Shown piece by piece: positions 1 through 8,602 of a DNA stretch of 28,881 bases. The notes beneath the pieces are model-generated. The model was not told where the DNA came from. It ran no database searches and worked only from the letters and a program-made list of their open reading frames with translations. The position numbers and the translations under genes are program-made. Within the stretch, counting starts at the first letter, position 1. Each line of letters starts with the position of its first letter. Source of the DNA: Pedosphaera sp. (GTDB taxonomy: Bacteria; Verrucomicrobiota; Verrucomicrobiia; Limisphaerales; SIBH01); assembly GCA_031414955.1 (NCBI GenBank), contig JANOQV010000022.1, positions 1-28,881 of the forward strand, in the 5' to 3' direction.

Positions 1-292
1 ACCCCAGGCCCGGCGCACCGGGCAGAACCACTCACCGCTGGCCCGGTCCTGACCGTAATCGACGGTGAGTTTGATCTCGCCCAGTTCGCTGACCAAGGTC
101 AGCGGACGGCGCTGGCGCTGGGCGAGGGGAAAAAACCTGGCCTTCTTCCCCGGCCAGTTGTTGCAGTCGTTCTTGGAGACGTCGCCGGCCCCATTCACGG
201 GACTCGGCCACCACTTCACGTTCGACCTCGGCCAGCGTGGGCCGGGGCTTGGGCGCGGGACTGGGTTGACTTGGGGGCGATGCTTTTTTCAT
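1..292 (-). CDS. Transposase N-terminus (partial), split over two frames
   Basis: ATG at 292 gives MKKASPP...LAEVEREVVAESREWGRRRLQERLQQLAGEEGQVF. After TTTTTTCCCC (135-126) the +1 frame reads FPLAQRQRRPLTLVSELGEIKLTVDYGQDRASGEWFCPVRRAWG and stays open to the edge. The 'LxTxxGEIxL...YG...WxCP..WG' pattern resembles ISKra4/UPF0236 transposases. Confidence 0.6.
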
Positions 293-377
293 GTGACGAC
301 ACGACAGCCATGTTCTTGTTTTTGCCGGTCGAGGAACCGTGACCACCTCACTTTAAGAACAGTGTCAAGATGCACCC
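1..377 (-). mobile_element. Left end of a probable ISKra4-family (p-MULT, ISMich2-like) insertion sequence, truncated by the window edge
   Basis: The minus strand from 377 reads GGGTGCATCTTGACACTG..., a candidate terminal IR. It is followed by a two-frame transposase-like ORF with a T6C4 slippery motif. The other IR and any target duplication lie outside the window. Confidence 0.6.
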
Positions 378-404
378 TGCACCGGTCCGCGAGGAAACAA
401 TCTT

Positions 405-434
405 TTGACCTCGCCGCGCAACTTTGACTAGCGT
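405..434 (+). promoter_or_regulatory. Possible sigma70-type promoter for the gsp operon
   Basis: TTGACC (405-410), an 18-bp spacer and TAGCGT (429-434), about 40 bp upstream of the ATG at 472. A GAGG lies at 459-462. Confidence 0.3.
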
Positions 435-471
435 GCGGTGTAAATACGGGACGACTTGAGGATTACCTCCG

Positions 472-2229
472 ATGTCATTTGTTTCTCTCAATAATGTTTT
501 TGCCCAGGCCGCGCAGACCACGGCGCAGCAGATTGCCGATTGGGCCAAGGCCTGGCGCATCGCCGTGGAAAACGGATCGGTGGAGTCGTTGGTCGATTTC
601 GTCTGTCGCGAGAGCGGCATGAGCGAGGAGCACTTTCTTAATCACCTCGCCGTAGTACTCAAGTGGCCCTTCATTGACCTGAAGAAAACCACCGTCCCGA
701 CCGAGGCGCGCAACGCCATCTCGACCAAGGTCGCCTTCCAGTACAACGCCATCCCCATCGACGCCCAGAACGGCACCCTGGTCATCGCGGTGAGCAATCC
801 TTTCGACACGGGCATGCTGAACTCGGTGCAGTTCGACGCGGGCAAGCCGGTCAAGTTCGCCCTCGCCACCAAAGGTGAGATCGAAAAGGCGCTGAAGAAG
901 TATTACGGCGTCGGGGCCGAGACGCTGGACGAACTGGCCAAGGACGATGACGAGCCGATCGAACTCGATCTGGGCGACAAGGAAATCACCGAGGGCGACC
1001 AGGAGGCCAGCGTCATCAAGTTCGTCAACCAGATCATCTGGGAGGCCTTCAAGGATCGCGCCACGGACATTCACTTCGAGCCGGCCGAGGACGAGTTGCG
1101 CATCCGCTACCGCATCGACGGCATCCTGCACCAGACGCCCATGCCGCCGCAGTTGAAGCGCTACCAGGCGGCCATCATCTCGCGCATCAAGGTCATGTCG
1201 GGGATGAACATCTCCGAGCGCCGTCTGCCGCAGGACGGACGCATCAACGTCCGCATCAAGGGCGAGGAGATCGACATCCGCGTCTCGACCGTGCCGACGG
1301 TGTACGGCGAAAGTGTATCGCTGCGCTTGCTGACCCGCGGAAAGATTTTCCTCACCCTGGACAAGCTGGGCTTCGACCCGAAGGAGGAATCAGCCATCCG
1401 TGAGATCGTGCTCAAGCCCCACGGCATCATGCTGGTGACCGGCCCGACGGGTGCAGGCAAATCGACTTCCCTTTACGCCTTCCTCAGTTCCATCAACTCG
1501 GTGAGCAAGCGCATCATCACCATTGAGGAACCGGTCGAGTATGAGTTGAAAGGCATCAACCAGATCGCGGTGCGCTCGGACATCGGACTGACCTTCGCCA
1601 TGGGGCTGCGCCACATCCTGCGGCAAGACCCGAACGTGATCATGGTCGGCGAAATTCGCGACTTGGAGACGGCGGAGATCGCCATTCGCGCCGCGCTCAC
1701 CGGCCACCTGGTTTTCTCCACCCTGCACACCAACGACGCGCCCAGCGCCTTCACCCGCTTGATCGACATGGGCATCGAGCCGTTCCTCGTCGCGTCGTCG
1801 GTGGAGGCCATCATGGCCCAACGCCTGGTGCGGACAATTTGCAAAACCTGCAAGAAGCCGCAGGCCGTCGAGCGCACCTACCTGCGCAAGATCGGTTTCC
1901 CCGAGCAAGACATCGACGCCACGACTTTCTACAAGGGCGTGGGCTGCGAGGATTGCCGCACGCTCGGTTACCAGGGACGGCTGGGCATTTATGAATTGCT
2001 GCTCGTCACCGAAGCGGTGCGCCCGCTGGTCATGAACCGCGCGCCCGCCTCGACCATCGCCCAGGCGGCCATCGCCCACGGCATGCGCACGCTGCGCGTG
2101 GACGGCTGGCAGAAGGTGCGCGAGGGCCGGACCACCATCGAGGAAGTCATCCGCGTGACCCAGACGGAGGAACACATGATGTCCCTCGTCGAGGACAGCC
2201 GCACGGAGTTTTTCGTCAAGAAAAGTTAA
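472..2229 (+). CDS. gspE: Type II secretion/type IV pilus assembly ATPase (GspE/PilB family)
   Basis: Motifs: ATDIHFEP, RYRIDG, ERRLPQDGR, Walker A GPTGAGKS, TIEEPVE, LRQDPNVIMVGEIRD, His box TGHLVFSTLHTN, tetra-Cys CKTC...CEDC, and an N-terminal T2SSE_N-type domain. Confidence 0.95.
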   Translation: MSFVSLNNVFAQAAQTTAQQIADWAKAWRIAVENGSVESLVDFVCRESGMSEEHFLNHLAVVLKWPFIDLKKTTVPTEARNAISTKVAFQYNAIPIDAQNGTLVIAVSNPFDTGMLNSVQFDAGKPVKFALATKGEIEKALKKYYGVGAETLDELAKDDDEPIELDLGDKEITEGDQEASVIKFVNQIIWEAFKDRATDIHFEPAEDELRIRYRIDGILHQTPMPPQLKRYQAAIISRIKVMSGMNISERRLPQDGRINVRIKGEEIDIRVSTVPTVYGESVSLRLLTRGKIFLTLDKLGFDPKEESAIREIVLKPHGIMLVTGPTGAGKSTSLYAFLSSINSVSKRIITIEEPVEYELKGINQIAVRSDIGLTFAMGLRHILRQDPNVIMVGEIRDLETAEIAIRAALTGHLVFSTLHTNDAPSAFTRLIDMGIEPFLVASSVEAIMAQRLVRTICKTCKKPQAVERTYLRKIGFPEQDIDATTFYKGVGCEDCRTLGYQGRLGIYELLLVTEAVRPLVMNRAPASTIAQAAIAHGMRTLRVDGWQKVREGRTTIEEVIRVTQTEEHMMSLVEDSRTEFFVKKS

Positions 2230-2230
2230 T

Positions 2231-3604
2231 ATGGCGCGTTGGCATTCGGCGAATGTTTTGCAGGCGGCGAGCGACAAGAAGCGCCTGTGGCAATTCAAGG
2301 TCGGCGGAGACATCCCCAGTCTTTCCCGAGAGGAAACCAAGCTTCCCACCGAGGCGCTGCCCTCCGGCCTGACGGCCAAGGACTGGCAGACGCTCTACAA
2401 ACCCAAGCTGAATGTCGCCTGGCTCGCCGCCGACAAGTCCTTCCTGCGCGTCCTGCAAATTCCACCCGCCGACACCTTCCAGGAAACGGCGGCCATGATC
2501 GAACTTCAGTTGGAGAAGGCCTCGCCCCTCCCCGTCGCGCAGATCATGTGGACCTTCGAGCTGCTGCCCAAGCGCCCGGGTCATCCCCAGACCGCCATCG
2601 TCGTCATCGTGGCGCGCAACGTGGTGGAAGAATTTCTCGGCCGCCTGGAGAAGGAGTCGTTCGCCCCGGATCGGCTGGAGGTTCCTTTCATTGATCAATT
2701 GCTGGCCACCAAGGTCACGGCCGATGGCGTTTGGATTTATCCCGCGTCGGGCCAGGATGAAAGCAGTTGCGTCATCGCCTGGTGGTGCGGCGGCACGCTG
2801 CAAAGCGTCTCGCTGCTGCATCTGCCGCCGGTGGAGGAGCGCGGCGCGTTCCTGCGCGAACAGATCGCGCAGATGGCCTGGGCGGGCGAGTTGGAAGGCT
2901 GGATTACCACGCCGCCCCGCCGCTTCCTCGTGGCCACGCCGGCCATCGCCGCCGTCTGGCAGCCGATCTTGCAGGATGGTTCCACCCCGGAGTTGGAAGT
3001 GGTGGCTCCCCTGGCCGATTCGGAGTTGGCCAAACTGACCGCCCGCCGCGCCACTCGCGATCCGATTCCAGCCAGCCTCGTGCCGCCGGAATTCACCACG
3101 CGTTACCGCCAGCAGTTTGTGGATCGCATCTGGATGCGCAGTCTCTTCGCGGTGGTGCTGCTCTACATGTTCGGCGTGCTCATCTACCTCGCGGCGGTGC
3201 AGTATGTGGAGTTCCAGGTCGCCGACCTCGAACGAAAGGTCCGCGACCAGTCCGGCAGTTATACCAACGCCCTCGTCCTCAAGGACAAAGTGCGGGTGAT
3301 GCAGGATCAGTTGAACCTCCAGTTCGCCGCCCTCGAATGCTACAAGGCCATGGCCCAGCAGATTCCCGAGGGCGTGACCCTGGACAGTTTTAATTTTCAG
3401 AAGGGCCGGACCATGTCGGTGCAAGGCACGGCGCCGAAGGACATGATGACGAAGATCAACGACTTCAGCGATTCCCTGCGGCGCATCCTGGTTCACGATG
3501 AGCCGCTCTTCAAAAACGTGACGGTGCCGACCATCGGCGTGCGTGGAACGGACTTGATGGGGTGGAGCTTCACCGCCGAGCTGACGAAGGGAGAGAGCGA
3601 ATGA
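2231..3604 (+). CDS. GspL-like assembly platform protein (cytoplasmic PilM-like domain + TM + PilN-like domain)
   Basis: Starts 1 nt after the gspE stop. Shows 'FLRVLQIP...AAMIELQLEKASPLP', then 'SLVPPEF..R' ahead of a single TM (LFAVVLLYMFGVLIYLAAV), a coiled coil and 'IPEGVTLDSF...VQGTA' (PilN/GspL ferredoxin-like pattern). Confidence 0.75.
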   Translation: MARWHSANVLQAASDKKRLWQFKVGGDIPSLSREETKLPTEALPSGLTAKDWQTLYKPKLNVAWLAADKSFLRVLQIPPADTFQETAAMIELQLEKASPLPVAQIMWTFELLPKRPGHPQTAIVVIVARNVVEEFLGRLEKESFAPDRLEVPFIDQLLATKVTADGVWIYPASGQDESSCVIAWWCGGTLQSVSLLHLPPVEERGAFLREQIAQMAWAGELEGWITTPPRRFLVATPAIAAVWQPILQDGSTPELEVVAPLADSELAKLTARRATRDPIPASLVPPEFTTRYRQQFVDRIWMRSLFAVVLLYMFGVLIYLAAVQYVEFQVADLERKVRDQSGSYTNALVLKDKVRVMQDQLNLQFAALECYKAMAQQIPEGVTLDSFNFQKGRTMSVQGTAPKDMMTKINDFSDSLRRILVHDEPLFKNVTVPTIGVRGTDLMGWSFTAELTKGESE

Positions 3605-4317
3605 CCTCCCTCTTCGACAAGTTGAACCTGCGCCCGAACGAGCGGCGGCTGGTCATCGCCGTCGTCATCGTGGTCTTCATCATCCTCAACTGGATCTTCG
3701 TCTGGCCGCATTTCGGCGACTGGACCAAGCTCAAGAACCGGAGGGGCGCGGCGGAACGGACCCAGGGGCAGTACCAGCAGGAGATGCAGAAGATGCCGGA
3801 CAACCAGAAGAAATTCGCCGACCTGGAAAAAGCCGGCCAGACCGTGAACTCCGAAGACCAGGCCATCAAACTTTCCTCCACGATTTACAACCAGGCCGCC
3901 CTCTCCGGGGTGGCCGTGAACAACTATGTGGAAACGCGCCAGACCTCGGTCACCCTCAAGTCGAACCAGTTCTTCGACGAGAAAGGCGGGACCGTGAGTG
4001 TCACGGCGGAAGAAAAATCGCTGGTGGATTTCCTCTACAATCTCGGCCTGGGCGGCTCGCTCATTCGCGTCCGCAGCATGACCATCAGCACCGATCCCGC
4101 GCGACAAAAGCTTCAGGGAAGCCTCATGTTGGTGGCCAGCTACGCACGCAAAGCGCCGCCCAAGATAAAACCGGTCGCCGCAACCCCGGCCCGCACCAAC
4201 GCGCCCAACGCGCCGACCATGAAGCCCGTGTCACCCGAGACCAAAACCGCTTCTCCTTTCGCCCGCACGAGCAACGCGCCCGCTGCGTTGAAGACCAATC
4301 CACCGCCGAAAAAATGA
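3601..4317 (+). CDS. GspM/PilO-like inner membrane protein with Pro/Ala/Thr-rich tail
   Basis: ATGA overlap with the upstream stop. The N-terminus LNLRPNERRLV followed by a TM is typical of GspM. It continues with a coiled coil and 'LVDFLYNL...IRVRSMTI'. Confidence 0.75.
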   Translation: MTSLFDKLNLRPNERRLVIAVVIVVFIILNWIFVWPHFGDWTKLKNRRGAAERTQGQYQQEMQKMPDNQKKFADLEKAGQTVNSEDQAIKLSSTIYNQAALSGVAVNNYVETRQTSVTLKSNQFFDEKGGTVSVTAEEKSLVDFLYNLGLGGSLIRVRSMTISTDPARQKLQGSLMLVASYARKAPPKIKPVAATPARTNAPNAPTMKPVSPETKTASPFARTSNAPAALKTNPPPKK

Positions 4318-6752
4318 AAACTTTTAACCTCGGACTGTGCCTCGCCGCCGGAATGCTGGCGCTCCACGCCCAGAATCCGCCCGCGCCCAACACGACCGCG
4401 CGCCTGACCAATGCGCCCGCCGCGCCGACCAATGCTTTGATGAACCGTCCGGCGGATTTCGGGCGAAACAAGAACAGCCCTGCGTCTGGCCCCGCCGGCC
4501 CAGGCGCCGCCAACGTCGCCGCACCCGCCGCAGGTCCGGCACCCGCGCCGGTGAACAACCCGGCCACTCCTCTGCCCCGTCAGCCCGCCGTGCCCGGGCT
4601 GCCCAGTGCCGGGCGACCGGCGGTGATTCCTCCGGGCGGGCTTAACACCGGTGCCACTCCCCCAGGCGGTGTCGCCGGGGCCGTGGGTCCGGGCGCAGCG
4701 GGGGCGGCCAACTCGATCATCGGCAGCGGGGGCCGGACCAATGTTGCGGCCACTAACATCGTCCCGCGTGATGCGACGAGCATTAAGGCCAACACCATTT
4801 ACTTCCAGGAAGCCGACCTCAGCCAGGTGCTCGAACTGTACGCCGAACTGGCCCAGCGAACTTTGCTGAAATCCCCCCAGGTGCCGGCCAACGTGAAGAT
4901 CAGTGTGCGCAACCAGACGGAATTGACCCGGCAGGAAGGGCTCGACGCGCTCAACACCATCCTCGCGCTCAACGGCATCACGATGGTTCCGCAGGGCGAC
5001 AAATTCATCAAGGTCGTGCCGCCCACCACCTTTCCGGGTGAAGCCGCCCCCTTCATCACGAACGATTGGAAGAGCCTGCCGAACTCCAAGTATCCCGTGG
5101 CGCAGGTCGTGCAGTTGAAGAATCTGCTGCCGGAAGAGGCGACGCCGTTGCTCCAACCCTTCGCCAACCTGCCCAACAGCATCGTGGGCGTGAAGGGCAG
5201 CCCGGTGCTCATCCTGCGCGACTACGCGGAAAACGTGCAACGCATGCTGGAGATCCTGGAGAAGGTGGACATTTACGTCGCGCCGGAAATTGACACGGTG
5301 GTCATCCCGATTCGTTACGCGCTGGCCGGGGAAATCGCCAGCGTGTTGGGCGGGCTCAGTTCCGGCGGCAGCACCACGAGCTTCGGCAGCAGCGGCGCAG
5401 GGGGCGGTGGAGGAGGATTTGGGGGAGGTGGTTTCGGCGGCGGTGGATTTGGCGGTGGCCGCGGCGGTGGATTTGGGGGAGGAGTCGGAGGCAACCTGGG
5501 CGGCGGCTATGGCGGTGCCGGTGGACTGAACAGCGGCTACGGCGGCGCGGGCTCATCCTACTCCGGCCAGCCAGGGGTCCGCGGACTGGGATCCCCCGCG
5601 CAGGGTTTGGGCGGCAACTCCGGGGGAGCTTTCGGAGCCGGTGGACGAACGGCGGCGGGCAGCGCCATCAATCGAGCCGTCAGTGGGGCCGTGGGCCGGG
5701 CCGGCGGCTCGGGCGGTGCGGCGGGCGAAATCCAGTTGATCGGCATGGCCAAGATCATCGCCGACGAACGCTCCAACGCGCTGCTCGTCTTCGCCGACAA
5801 GCACGACCTGACCATGATTAGCAACATCATCTCGAAGCTGGACATCGTGCTGCCGCAGGTCCGCATCGAGGCGCTCATTCTGGAAGTCAACCTGGGCGAC
5901 AGCAAGACGCTCGGCGTGAGCATGAAACAGAACAATCAGAAGTTCGGAGATTTGAGCGTCGCGGGCGGCTCATCCCAAGGTCAGCCCTTCCTGAATCCGA
6001 ACACCATCAGCGGGCTAACCGCCATTGCCGGCAGCAACAGCGCCCTGCCCGGCGGCTTCAGCTATTTCGGCAAGCTCAACCAGGACTTTGATTTCGCCCT
6101 CCAGGCGGCCGCCGAAGACAACCGCCTCAACGTGCTTTCCCGCCCGAGTGTGGTGACTTCCACGGCCCGGCCCGCGCAGATTTTCGTCGGCGAAAGCCGG
6201 CCTTACGTCACCGGCTCCAGCTACGGTTACAGCGGAGTGGGCGTGCAGTCGCAGGTGGCGCAGCTCCAGATCGGCATCAGCCTTTCCGTCACCCCCATCA
6301 TCAACCAGGAGGGGCTGGTGGTGATGGACATCGCGCAGGACATTTCGCAATCCGGCGCGGACGTGATCATCGATGGCAACGCCGTGCCCGCGACCATCAA
6401 TCGCAACGCCAGTTCCTACATTGCCGTGCGGGACCGCGACACCATCATGCTGGGCGGCTTCATCAGCACCACCAAGACCAAGTCGAGCGGAGGCGTGCCC
6501 TACCTGAAGGATATTCCCGGCCTCGGCTTGCTCTTCCGCAGCAGCAGCGAAAAGGTGGGCCGGGTCGAGCTGATGGTTCTCATCCGCCCGACCGTGCTCC
6601 AGACGCCGGAAATCGCCGCGCTGCACACCTCCGAGCAACTCGACAAGCTCCCCACGGTCAAGAAAGCCGTGCGCGAGGAAGAAGAGTTTCAACAAAAGCA
6701 GCAGGAAAAAGAGCGCAAGGAGCAGGAGAAAATCGACAAGCGCAACCGGTAG
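4314..6752 (+). CDS. gspD: Type II secretion system secretin GspD
   Basis: Signal peptide, Pro/Ala linker, N0 (IYFQEADLSQVLELYAEL), N domains, IIADERSNALLV, KLDIVLPQVRIEALILEV, NVLSRPSVVT, and the C-terminal secretin motif GGVPYLKDIPGLGLLFR...ELMVLIRP. ATGA overlap with the upstream gene. Confidence 0.93.
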   Translation: MKTFNLGLCLAAGMLALHAQNPPAPNTTARLTNAPAAPTNALMNRPADFGRNKNSPASGPAGPGAANVAAPAAGPAPAPVNNPATPLPRQPAVPGLPSAGRPAVIPPGGLNTGATPPGGVAGAVGPGAAGAANSIIGSGGRTNVAATNIVPRDATSIKANTIYFQEADLSQVLELYAELAQRTLLKSPQVPANVKISVRNQTELTRQEGLDALNTILALNGITMVPQGDKFIKVVPPTTFPGEAAPFITNDWKSLPNSKYPVAQVVQLKNLLPEEATPLLQPFANLPNSIVGVKGSPVLILRDYAENVQRMLEILEKVDIYVAPEIDTVVIPIRYALAGEIASVLGGLSSGGSTTSFGSSGAGGGGGGFGGGGFGGGGFGGGRGGGFGGGVGGNLGGGYGGAGGLNSGYGGAGSSYSGQPGVRGLGSPAQGLGGNSGGAFGAGGRTAAGSAINRAVSGAVGRAGGSGGAAGEIQLIGMAKIIADERSNALLVFADKHDLTMISNIISKLDIVLPQVRIEALILEVNLGDSKTLGVSMKQNNQKFGDLSVAGGSSQGQPFLNPNTISGLTAIAGSNSALPGGFSYFGKLNQDFDFALQAAAEDNRLNVLSRPSVVTSTARPAQIFVGESRPYVTGSSYGYSGVGVQSQVAQLQIGISLSVTPIINQEGLVVMDIAQDISQSGADVIIDGNAVPATINRNASSYIAVRDRDTIMLGGFISTTKTKSSGGVPYLKDIPGLGLLFRSSSEKVGRVELMVLIRPTVLQTPEIAALHTSEQLDKLPTVKKAVREEEEFQQKQQEKERKEQEKIDKRNR
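5395..5550 (+). repeat. Low-complexity Gly-codon repeat encoding (GGFGG)n inside gspD
   Basis: Degenerate ~15-bp GGnGGATTTGGnGGn units translate to GGGGGGFGGGGFGGGGFGGGRGGGFGGG. Confidence 0.8.
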
Positions 6753-6956
6753 CCGCGAACGGGGCAACGCGCCTGGGCGGGATCGGAACCGGCCTTGGTG
6801 GTAGCTCGCCGGGCCGCCAGACGCTTCCTTCCGAGGGAGTTCCAAGGAAGGGTTGAGCCAACCAGAAAATCCGCCGCCCGATAGCTGGAAGTTTCCATCC
6901 GCGCACTTTGACCTTTGATGGCAGGCCGCATCAGGTGTTCGATGAAGCCAGGATCA

Positions 6957-7616
6957 ATGTTCAAAACTCCCTGTTCATGCCTGCTGCTCTTGCTCTTCGC
7001 GCTTTTGGCGCGCGGCGCGGAAACCAATTCGCCCGTGGTATCACTCGGCCAGGGGCGGCTCGCCATCGGACTTGTGACCCTGGATGGCAGCAATCGCACG
7101 GCGCGTTTTTCGGCGGCGGTCTGCTTGCGCGAGGAGACGGTTGAATACGCCCTGGTCCACCAGACGGGCAAGACGCACGAGAGCGTCTTCCGCACGGACG
7201 CGCACCCCCGGGACATTCACCTCGCCCTGCTCCTGCTCGGGGCGAAACCGGTGCTGACAAATTCCTTCGGCGCGGACGGCCAGGGACCTCCGCTGGGCAG
7301 TGCTGTGACCGTATCCGTCACTTGGAACCACGGTGGCCTCCAGCCTCAATACGCCATCGAAGATCTCATCCTCGACCGGGAGACGACCAACTCCATGTCG
7401 CCGGGAGGATGGATTTACAATGGATCAAACTTTTCCGAAGGCGTGTTTACCGCCGGGCGGGACGGTTCCATTCTCTCCCTGCACATCGACCCCGATGCCT
7501 TGATCAACAATCCCCGGCCCGGCCGCGCCCGGGACGACCTGCACGTTCCAAATGCCGCGCGGCTGCCACCCACCGGCACGCCGGTGGTCATCACGATACG
7601 GATGATCCAGCGGTGA
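6957..7616 (+). CDS. Exported YdjY-domain-like protein
   Basis: Signal peptide (LLLLLFALLARGA). The motifs 'VEYALV...GKTHES...PRDIHLALLLLG' and 'WIYNGS...GSILSL..DPDALINNP' resemble the YdjY family. The start was chosen at the ATG preceding the signal peptide. Confidence 0.65.
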   Translation: MFKTPCSCLLLLLFALLARGAETNSPVVSLGQGRLAIGLVTLDGSNRTARFSAAVCLREETVEYALVHQTGKTHESVFRTDAHPRDIHLALLLLGAKPVLTNSFGADGQGPPLGSAVTVSVTWNHGGLQPQYAIEDLILDRETTNSMSPGGWIYNGSNFSEGVFTAGRDGSILSLHIDPDALINNPRPGRARDDLHVPNAARLPPTGTPVVITIRMIQR

Positions 7617-7683
7617 ACTGCCCGGACCGGAGGCCGGTCGCACCAGCGGAAACAGACCGGCGGGGAAAGCAACCAAGCGCGCG

Positions 7684-8460
7684 CTAAAAAACGAGCAGCG
7701 CCCCGCCCAAGGCGATCCGATACCAACCAAAGCCCGTAAAGGTGTGAGTCTGCACGTAGCGCAGCAGCCACTTGACCGCCACGAAAGAAACCACCGCCGA
7801 GACGAGGGTCGCGAGCGCGAGCATCGTCCAGTTCTCGGGCACGCCCGCCGGATGGCGCAGTTCCTTCACCATCTCCAACCCGCCCGCCGCCAGCATGGTC
7901 GGGATACTGACGAGAAAGGAGAATTCCGCCGCCGCCGGACGTTTCATACCCAACAGCAGCGCCAGCAGGATGGTGGTGCCGGAACGCGAGGCTCCCGGAA
8001 AAATGATCGCGATGAGTTGTCCCACACCGATGGCGATGGCGATGGTCCAGGTGACGTCGTCGCAGAGGGGTTTGCCGCGCAGCCACCACTCGATGACCAG
8101 GAAAAGAAGGCCGCCCACGAGCAAGGCCACGGCCACGGGCGCAATTTCCTTGGGCAGGGCGAACTTCAATTTCTTGAGCACCAGCCCACCTGCGCCGGTG
8201 ATGATGAAGGCCGTGACCAGCTTGAGGAAATAATCCCTCGTGGCCGGCTCCCGCCATTGGAAAAGGAACTGGGCGAGACGCGGGCGAAAGAGCGGCAGCA
8301 CGGCGATCACGGCGGCGCATTGGATGACCACGTTGAACAGTTCGCTCTGGCGCGGCAGCCAATGCTCCGCGAGCAGCAGATGTCCGGTGGAGGAGATGGG
8401 CAGGAACTCCGTGATTCCCTCGATAACTCCGAGCACGATGACGACAAGCCAGTCTGGCAC
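7684..8460 (-). CDS. uppP: Undecaprenyl-diphosphatase (BacA/UppP)
   Basis: Motifs GVIEGITEFLPISSTGH, PGASRSGTTI, AAEFSFLVSIP and FGWYRI. The GTG start at 8460 gives 258 aa; the longer ORF call overlaps the neighbouring gene. Confidence 0.95.
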   Translation of the reverse strand: MPDWLVVIVLGVIEGITEFLPISSTGHLLLAEHWLPRQSELFNVVIQCAAVIAVLPLFRPRLAQFLFQWREPATRDYFLKLVTAFIITGAGGLVLKKLKFALPKEIAPVAVALLVGGLLFLVIEWWLRGKPLCDDVTWTIAIAIGVGQLIAIIFPGASRSGTTILLALLLGMKRPAAAEFSFLVSIPTMLAAGGLEMVKELRHPAGVPENWTMLALATLVSAVVSFVAVKWLLRYVQTHTFTGFGWYRIALGGALLVF

Positions 8461-8602
8461 GCGCCGTTTACACTCGAAAGCCGTCCCGGATACAAGCGGC
8501 AAATGGGGATGGCCCGGCCTGCGTGACGCCGCGCCGTCCCCGGCGTCTGGGATTGGGCCTTGAACGAGCCGGTCTTCGGACTTCAGGCTGACTGAACTAG
8601 GT

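Noticed and set aside
65..427. 120-aa plus-strand ORF
   Set aside because: It is antisense to the transposase fragment, crosses the putative IS end and has no motifs.
6753..6956. Possible ncRNA or terminator after gspD (CTTCCTT...AAGGAAG stem near 6824-6850)
   Set aside because: Weak stem with a long loop, no U-tract and no recognisable RNA family.
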